19,882 nucleotides of DNA from Methanobacteriota archaeon (GTDB lineage Archaea > Thermoplasmatota > Thermoplasmata > SG8-5 > DAIRED01). The notes under the pieces were generated by a model. The model saw nothing but the letters and a program-made list of their open reading frames with translations, was not told where the DNA came from and ran no database searches. The stretch lies in NCBI GenBank assembly GCA_043799545.1, contig JAZDNO010000015.1, positions 1 to 19,882 on the forward strand. Reading direction: 5' to 3'. The translations under genes and the position numbers were made by a program. This document shows, piece after piece, positions 7,859 to 12,891 of the stretch. How positions within the stretch are numbered: the stretch's first letter is position 1; each line of letters opens with the position of its first letter.

Positions 7859-8209
7859 TCACATTGATGTCGCGTTTCTACTAATTTTTACGGTTTCGGT
7901 GCTGGTGCAGCGCTCCACCGCCTCGCGGACGGAGCCCTTCGCCCCGGTGACTATCTTCACGCCCGAGCCTTCTAGCATCTTCATCGCGTGCGGGCCGACC
8001 TCGCCGGTCAGTATCGCGTCGGGCTTGAGGTCCAGCGCACCCTGCGCGGCCGCGACCCCCGCGCCGCCAGTGGCCTTCGTACCTGGATTCTCTACAGATG
8101 TCGCTGCCATCGTCGAGCTATCGACCACGACGAAAAACGGGCACCTCCCGAACCTTCCGTCCACTTCTGCATCGAGTCCCCTGTCCTTTGCCGTAACCAA
8201 TATTTTCAT
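7859..8209 (-). CDS. NifB/NifX-family protein 2
   Basis: GLDAEVDGRFGRCPFF, NPGTKATGGAGVAAAQ, LTGEVGPHA. Confidence 0.9.
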   Translation of the reverse strand: MKILVTAKDRGLDAEVDGRFGRCPFFVVVDSSTMAATSVENPGTKATGGAGVAAAQGALDLKPDAILTGEVGPHAMKMLEGSGVKIVTGAKGSVREAVERCTSTETVKISRNATSM

Positions 8210-8252
8210 TTCGCCTCACCTCTCGCTTCTAGTGCGCTCCAGCCCCATCATC

Positions 8253-8414
8253 TCAGGGCTCCTCGTCACGGGCCATCGTGTGCCCGCACTTCGGGCATTC
8301 CTGCCTTAAACATGGCACCCCCCGCTTGTGAGGCTGCCTGTGCCCGCACTCGGGACAGACGCACTCGCCGCCGGGGCCCTTCCCCTTGCCAATCTCTTCA
8401 ATCTTTCTTGCCAT
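8253..8414 (-). CDS. 53-aa double Cys-knuckle (putative Zn/Fe-binding) microprotein
   Basis: [53 protein letters not shown]. It overlaps the end of mrp. ATG 8426 is an alternative start; the ORF-track start at 8537 is unlikely. Confidence 0.75.
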   Translation of the reverse strand: MARKIEEIGKGKGPGGECVCPECGHRQPHKRGVPCLRQECPKCGHTMARDEEP

Positions 8415-9240
8415 TTCCGCCACCATCTTTATTGAACGCAACCACTCCATCGACGATTCCAGAAAACGCTTTGACGGTCGAAGGGCAGTTCGTCTTCCTC
8501 GTAACGAACGGCACACCGTCGTCGCCGCAATCGACAATCGACGGCTCTATCGGTAAACGACCTAGGAACGGCACGCCCATCTGCTTTGCCGCGGCCTCGC
8601 CCCCGCCGACCTTGAACAGGGCGATGCCCTTGCCGCAATGAGGGCAGGTCAATCCGGCCATGTTCTCGACGATGCCCATTACGGGCATCCCGAGTTGTCT
8701 GGCGAACGTTACGGTCTTCCGCGCATCGAGAAGGGCGACCTCCTGGGGCGTCGTAACGATAATTGCCCCCGCGCCGGGCACCTGCTGGGCGATGCTCAGA
8801 GGCTCGTCGCCGGTTCCAGGCGGCAGGTCGACGATTAGGTAGTCGAGTTTTCCCCACTCGACATCGCCGAGGAACTGGTTGATGATGCTCATCTTCATCG
8901 GACCTCGCCATATGACCGCGGCGTCCTCGCTGTCGAGCACGAACGCCATCGACATCACTTTCAGTCCTGGCCTGACTTCGATTGGCTGCATCCCGCCCTC
9001 TCCCTGGGTGACCTTGGAGCGCCCGACCCCCAGCATCTTCGGCACGTTCGGGCCGTGGATGTCGGCGTCGAGCAGGCCGACCTTGAACTTTTTTGCAGCC
9101 AGGGCGAACGCCAGGTTCGTCGCTACAGTCGTTTTACCGACGCCGCCCTTGCCGCTCATCACGACCACCTTGTGGCCGATGTTATCCAGGTTTTTCTTGA
9201 TTTTTCGTTGGGTTTCGACCGCATCAGCATTGCCGTGCAA
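8398..9240 (-). CDS. mrp: Mrp/NBP35 (ApbC) Fe-S cluster carrier ATPase
   Basis: [54 protein letters not shown] start with GAGGAG upstream. Confidence 0.95.
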   Translation of the reverse strand: MHGNADAVETQRKIKKNLDNIGHKVVVMSGKGGVGKTTVATNLAFALAAKKFKVGLLDADIHGPNVPKMLGVGRSKVTQGEGGMQPIEVRPGLKVMSMAFVLDSEDAAVIWRGPMKMSIINQFLGDVEWGKLDYLIVDLPPGTGDEPLSIAQQVPGAGAIIVTTPQEVALLDARKTVTFARQLGMPVMGIVENMAGLTCPHCGKGIALFKVGGGEAAAKQMGVPFLGRLPIEPSIVDCGDDGVPFVTRKTNCPSTVKAFSGIVDGVVAFNKDGGGNGKKD

Positions 9241-9266
9241 AGTATTCGCTCTCCTCGAAGGCCTGA

Positions 9267-9629
9267 CTACTTGTCTTCTTTCTGCAGTTCTTTGAGCCGG
9301 TCTTTGACCCCGTTGAGGTCGTTCTCTAGCGCCTTCACGGCGTCTTCCAAGTATGCCTTCTCTTCCTCCTTGGTCGGACCCCTGTAAGGTACATATGGCT
9401 CGTCGTAGACGTGCATCGGCTGCGCTGGTCCGAACCGCCTTGGCCCGAAGCCCATGCCGAAACCACGGCCCCTTCCGAAGCCGCGTCCCATGCCGAAACC
9501 CATCCCTCGGCCCCTGCCTCGGGCGGGCCCGCTAGCATATCCTGGCGCCGGGTATCCGGCGCAGTATCCTCGATTCCTACCTGTCATCGGGCCCTCTCCG
9601 TCGGGACCCGTTCTATCTCCTCTTGGCAT
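9267..9629 (-). CDS. DUF5320-family Gly/Arg-rich protein
   Basis: [32 protein letters not shown] repeats, C-terminal coiled coil ([18 protein letters not shown]). Confidence 0.9.
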   Translation of the reverse strand: MPRGDRTGPDGEGPMTGRNRGYCAGYPAPGYASGPARGRGRGMGFGMGRGFGRGRGFGMGFGPRRFGPAQPMHVYDEPYVPYRGPTKEEEKAYLEDAVKALENDLNGVKDRLKELQKEDK

Positions 9630-9678
9630 TGTAATTTCCCTCCTATTTCTTCTTCGATTTCTTTTACCACTTCATTTT

Positions 9679-9801
9679 TCATGGGTGGCATATTTTACAC
9701 TCATGAATTTTATGGGATGTACCATCCTTGTGTAAGCAACTGTCTCCCACATGTTTATGATCCTTACACTCAGGATTCGTGCATTTTTGTTCTATAGCCA
9801 T
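9679..9801 (-). CDS. Unannotated 40-aa Cys/His-rich microprotein (metallothionein-like or Zn-finger-like)
   Basis: Manual translation gives MAIEQKCTNPECKDHKHVGDSCLHKDGTSHKIHECKICHP, with 5 Cys and 6 His. GAGGTGA lies 7 nt upstream of the ATG. It is co-oriented and fills the gap between DUF134 and DUF5320. Confidence 0.72.
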   Translation of the reverse strand: MAIEQKCTNPECKDHKHVGDSCLHKDGTSHKIHECKICHP

Positions 9802-9844
9802 GTCGGTTTCACCTCTATTTTTCTCTCAATTAAACGAAACCGCA

Positions 9845-9976
9845 TCAGCAGCTTCCCTTTTTTCCACCTTTCTTCTTTCCTATTCCTACACCAGAAGAGC
9901 TTCCCTTACCTTGTCCTCTTCCGTCTCTTGCTCCTTTTGAGCTATCCCTTGGTCCTTTTCCATCTTTCTTTGGCAT
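9845..9976 (-). CDS. Possible independently initiated 43-aa DUF5320-like peptide, in frame within the DUF134 ORF
   Basis: MPKKDGKGPRDSSKGARDGRGQGKG...KKGSC. It has its own GGGGAGTGA SD and the same ACAATGCCA start context as the genes at 9629 and 10747. Confidence 0.45.
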   Translation of the reverse strand: MPKKDGKGPRDSSKGARDGRGQGKGSSSGVGIGKKKGGKKGSC

Positions 9977-10315
9977 TGTTATTTCACTCCCCTTTTCTTT
10001 TACTTCTGTCTGGCTGACGCGGTAGTCTAGGCCCACGATCTCGAGCGCGCATCCGTTCACAAGTGCGTGAATTACTTTCTTTCTGGCGCTCTCCAGGTCG
10101 TTCCAGAAGCTGCGGCGCGATATGCCCATCTTGACCGCGGCCTCCTCCTGGGTGAGCCCTTCAAGGTCCACCAGCCTCAGCGCCTCGAGTTCCACGAAGC
10201 TCAATTCTATGACTTCCATGAACCTCATCGGGACTCCAGCAGGCTTGTAGTAGGTGACCTCGGGAACGTTTTCTATCCATCTCGGGGACCTGTGTCTTCC
10301 GCGTCTGCATTCCAT
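9845..10315 (-). CDS. DUF134 (UPF0251) predicted HTH DNA-binding protein with a C-terminal Gly/Lys-rich extension
   Basis: YYKPAGVP, ELEALRLVDLEGLTQEEAAVKMGISRRSFWNDLESARKKVIHALVNG. Start placed at ATG 10315 because a TATA box (TTTAAATA) lies ~25 nt upstream; ATG 10327 is an alternative. Confidence 0.88.
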   Translation of the reverse strand: MECRRGRHRSPRWIENVPEVTYYKPAGVPMRFMEVIELSFVELEALRLVDLEGLTQEEAAVKMGISRRSFWNDLESARKKVIHALVNGCALEIVGLDYRVSQTEVKEKGSEITMPKKDGKGPRDSSKGARDGRGQGKGSSSGVGIGKKKGGKKGSC

Positions 10316-10323
10316 AATTCTAC

Positions 10324-10393
10324 ACATATGAGAGAAAGTATTTAAACTTATTGCCGATTTGAGCAATAAATCTATGCAATCCGAATTTTGCAT
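10324..10393 (-). promoter_or_regulatory. DUF134 operon promoter: TATA box plus two adjacent palindromes
   Basis: TTTAAATA on the minus strand (10338-10345); TTATTGC-N8-GCAATAA (10348-10369); ATGCAA-N8-TTGCAT (10374-10393). Confidence 0.7.
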
Positions 10394-10444
10394 CCGCGCA
10401 GGCTTAACTGGGATACTCTGTGGGGCGGTTCTTCCCGAGAACCC

Positions 10445-10747
10445 TTACTTCATTTTCTCGATTTCCTCTTGGACTTCTTTTGCCCCTTCGGCATAAAACT
10501 TTTCCTCATCGGGGGCCAGCTCGCGGAGCAATCTCAGAAATTCTCCAGCATGCACGCGCTCCTCGTCCGCTATGTCCTTGAGCACTTCCACGGCGAGCTT
10601 GTTGTCAGTTGACTCGGCAAGCTGCATGTACATCTGAATCGCCTCGTACTCTGCAGCCACCATGAAACGAATGGCTCTGACGAGCTCCTCAACCGTGAGC
10701 TTCCGAGCGTTTTTCAACCCTGAAAAGGGCGTTCCGAACTCTGGCAT
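10445..10747 (-). CDS. Ferritin-like protein of the EncFtn/Flp (rubrerythrin-like half-ferritin) type
   Basis: ELVRAIRFMVAAEYEAIQMY, LKDIADEERVHAGEFLRLL (ferroxidase E..E / ExxH). GGAGGT SD. Confidence 0.85.
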   Translation of the reverse strand: MPEFGTPFSGLKNARKLTVEELVRAIRFMVAAEYEAIQMYMQLAESTDNKLAVEVLKDIADEERVHAGEFLRLLRELAPDEEKFYAEGAKEVQEEIEKMK

Positions 10748-10778
10748 TGTTGGTTACCTCCTTTTCTTTCTTTTCAAT

Positions 10779-10848
10779 ACATATGAGAATAAATATTAAA
10801 ATTATTGCATGGTTGAGCAAGAAAGAGTCGCAACTCGGACTTTTCGAC
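10779..10848 (-). promoter_or_regulatory. Ferritin gene promoter, a homologous copy of the DUF134 promoter
   Basis: ACATATGAGA..., TTTTAATA-type TATA on the minus strand, TTATTGC-N8-GCAAGAA (10802-10823), GTCGCAA-N8-TTTCGAC (10827-10848). Confidence 0.68.
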
Positions 10849-10890
10849 CGTAGCACGTGGCTACATCGTTCGTGCTACGATTATTAAATA
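10849..10890 (+). promoter_or_regulatory. Inverted repeat directly upstream of the TATA box of the membrane-protein pair
   Basis: CGTAGCACG-N13-CGTGCTACG (10849-10879), followed by TTATTAAATA (10881-10890). Confidence 0.55.
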
Positions 10891-10966
10891 GTTGCTACAT
10901 AAAGATAAAGTACATCGGAGCTCTACGTGGCGCGCAAGCACAGAATATAATGCGGAGTGAAAAAAG

Positions 10967-11257
10967 ATGTGGCTCGTGACATCTCTCATCGCCGCGATTG
11001 CGGTGACAGCGGCGTGGCGTTTCGCCCCGAAGATATACAGGATGGACATTCTCAGCTTGATGTTGTGGGGGCTTACGATGATGATCCTTGTGGACCACGT
11101 CCTCGGCTACGAAGGCGGCGCCTTCCTGCAGATGGAGACGGATGGATTGGTTCAGAACGGTGTCGTGTTGGGAATTATAATGCTCGTCCCAGTGGTCGCG
11201 ATATGGGGCGTTTGTCTCGGACTCTCGATGTATAAGAAAAACGCAGTTAAGGGGTGA
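10967..11257 (+). CDS. Small membrane protein A (uncharacterised)
   Basis: 96 aa, about three TM segments, LMLWGLT....VDH motif, GGAGTGA SD. Confidence 0.8.
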   Translation: MWLVTSLIAAIAVTAAWRFAPKIYRMDILSLMLWGLTMMILVDHVLGYEGGAFLQMETDGLVQNGVVLGIIMLVPVVAIWGVCLGLSMYKKNAVKG

Positions 11258-11262
11258 ATAAA

Positions 11263-11595
11263 ATGGCATGCTTTCTGGTGCCGATGGCGCTGGGGATGGG
11301 GACGACAGGTTTGAGGAACAAGGTACCGGCTAAGTACCACATCAACTGGCTGAACATGCTGCTATGGGGCGGAACGGCTGGATTGGCGCTGGAGCACATC
11401 GCCCACCAGGAAGTAGTCCCGTACTTCCCGTTCCTGAGCGCGATGTCGAGCGCATCTGAGACGATGGTGATGCTGAAGGAGATGGCAACCATAGGAACGG
11501 CCATGCTTTTGGCATGCGTCGCGGTCTGGCTCGTCATGCTGGCTGTGGCATCCAGGTTCGAGTCCAAGGCCGGCGCGAAGGCATCGGCGCAGTGA
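11263..11595 (+). CDS. Small membrane protein B (uncharacterised), paralogue of A
   Basis: MACFLVP start, LNMLLWGG....LEHIAH.EVVPYFPFL, about three TM segments. GGGGTGA overlaps the stop of A. Confidence 0.8.
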   Translation: MACFLVPMALGMGTTGLRNKVPAKYHINWLNMLLWGGTAGLALEHIAHQEVVPYFPFLSAMSSASETMVMLKEMATIGTAMLLACVAVWLVMLAVASRFESKAGAKASAQ

Positions 11596-11637
11596 GCCGG
11601 TCTCGCCAACCGTCAGGCGGCCATCCGCGTGAGACAT

Positions 11638-12267
11638 TCAGCGCTTGGCGGTCGAAATCCCTTTCCTGGCTATTATTTTGTTTATCGGATGCCTGTGCCT
11701 GATCCCGCCGGGGTGCTCGTCCTCCTTAATGTAGCTCTCCTGGCTCAGGATGCTCCAATCATGGTACAATTCGAAGAGCTCACCCTCCCTGAAGACGTCG
11801 CCCATGGTTTCCGCCATGTCGTCAGGGGTCGGTACAGTGTCCGTGAAAACAGCGACGAAATTCACCCCGCCAGGGTTTGTGTGCGCCTTTGCCTCGGCAA
11901 TCAGCCGCTCCCAGCAGCGACGTTCCAGGAATTGCAGCGAGCCGTGCGCGATTATTAGATCGTATTCCCACTCGAATCGGAAATCGCACAGGTCTTGCAC
12001 CCTTGCGTCCATTTTGACATTTCTGCGCTTGCACTCGGACTCGAGTGATTTAATGGCCACCTCGGAAAAATCCACCGCTGTGACGTCGAACCCGCACTCG
12101 CTGAGGAGTATATCGCTCTTGCCCATGCCGCAACCCAGGTCAAGGACTGACGAACCGGATTTTATCAATTTGATAATATCGAGCAGTTCGGGGCTCGGCG
12201 GACTGTCATTGTAGTCCTTTATCCCTTTCGAGAGAAAGATATCGTCCCAGTAATCCTTTTTTTCCAT
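11638..12267 (-). CDS. Class I SAM-dependent methyltransferase, TehB-like
   Basis: VLDLGCGMG, VTAVDFS, YDLII, TNPGGVN, GELFELYHDW, C-terminal EDEHPGGIRHRH. Confidence 0.85.
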   Translation of the reverse strand: MEKKDYWDDIFLSKGIKDYNDSPPSPELLDIIKLIKSGSSVLDLGCGMGKSDILLSECGFDVTAVDFSEVAIKSLESECKRRNVKMDARVQDLCDFRFEWEYDLIIAHGSLQFLERRCWERLIAEAKAHTNPGGVNFVAVFTDTVPTPDDMAETMGDVFREGELFELYHDWSILSQESYIKEDEHPGGIRHRHPINKIIARKGISTAKR

Positions 12268-12312
12268 GGTTCACCTGTTATCATGGCGCGCAGAGCATTA
12301 ATCGGTATGTTT

Positions 12313-12750
12313 TCAATCATACGATTTCCGAATCGATTCGTTTGACAACGTGGGCTTGATGATTTCCTGCCAATCTGCAGACTCCCATGTTCCCAGTTTA
12401 CTGTGCGTCGTATAATATTTTTGAGGTATCGGATGGGTTCCTATCACCACAGGTATCCCGTATTTCTTCTCGATGAAATTTTTAAAATGTGCAATATTCG
12501 GGCACGGCGGATATCCGACGACAAACCCGGTTGCAAGATGGATTGCTTTCGCCCCGTTCTTTATCATTTCTTCCGGAGCGCACTCGACATTCCCGCCTGG
12601 ACACCCCCCGCATGAAGTGTACCCGACTATTTCTAGTGGCTCTTCTTTCTTGTAAATGCTGAAAGCTCCCTCTCGATTCTGCATTGCCCTGAAGCATTTA
12701 CCGCCTGCACAAGCGTGATAACGATCGCAAATGATTATTCCGATTTTCAT
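12313..12750 (-). CDS. CGGC-domain protein
   Basis: MKIGIIICDRY..CAGGKC, SCGGCPG, IHLATG...GYPPCP, VVIGTH. ATG 12750 has an AGGAGA SD. Confidence 0.9.
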   Translation of the reverse strand: MKIGIIICDRYHACAGGKCFRAMQNREGAFSIYKKEEPLEIVGYTSCGGCPGGNVECAPEEMIKNGAKAIHLATGFVVGYPPCPNIAHFKNFIEKKYGIPVVIGTHPIPQKYYTTHSKLGTWESADWQEIIKPTLSNESIRKSYD

Positions 12751-12891
12751 TGTATTATCTCCTGATTTCATATCACGCGTGGCCGCGCTGTTTGGATGGG
12801 GCTGGCAGGTGCCTGGAGCGCCGATTCGTCAATTGTTTTATTGCCATCGCCTCATAGTAATCCATTGCGGGAATATAAGTTTTCTCTGAAG

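Noticed and set aside
7486-8209. Interpretation as a nitrogen-fixation (nif) cluster
   Set aside because: There is no nifH/D/K/E/N. The radical SAM is not NifB-like, and stand-alone NifB/NifX-fold proteins are common outside diazotrophs.
9430-9520. Repeats as a CRISPR or other non-coding array
   Set aside because: They are only the coding repeats of the DUF5320 Gly-rich tract. No regularly spaced repeat-spacer array, tRNA or rRNA was seen anywhere in the window.
9830-9850. Possible selenocysteine readthrough (TGC TGA TGC = C-U-C) at the end of the DUF134 fusion
   Set aside because: Readthrough adds only CGFV before TAA, no SECIS-like hairpin or sel genes are visible, and DUF5320-like peptides plausibly end at this Cys.
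10316-10393. DUF134 N-terminal extension from 10393
   Set aside because: It runs through the TATA box and operator palindromes, which are also conserved as non-coding DNA in the ferritin promoter copy.
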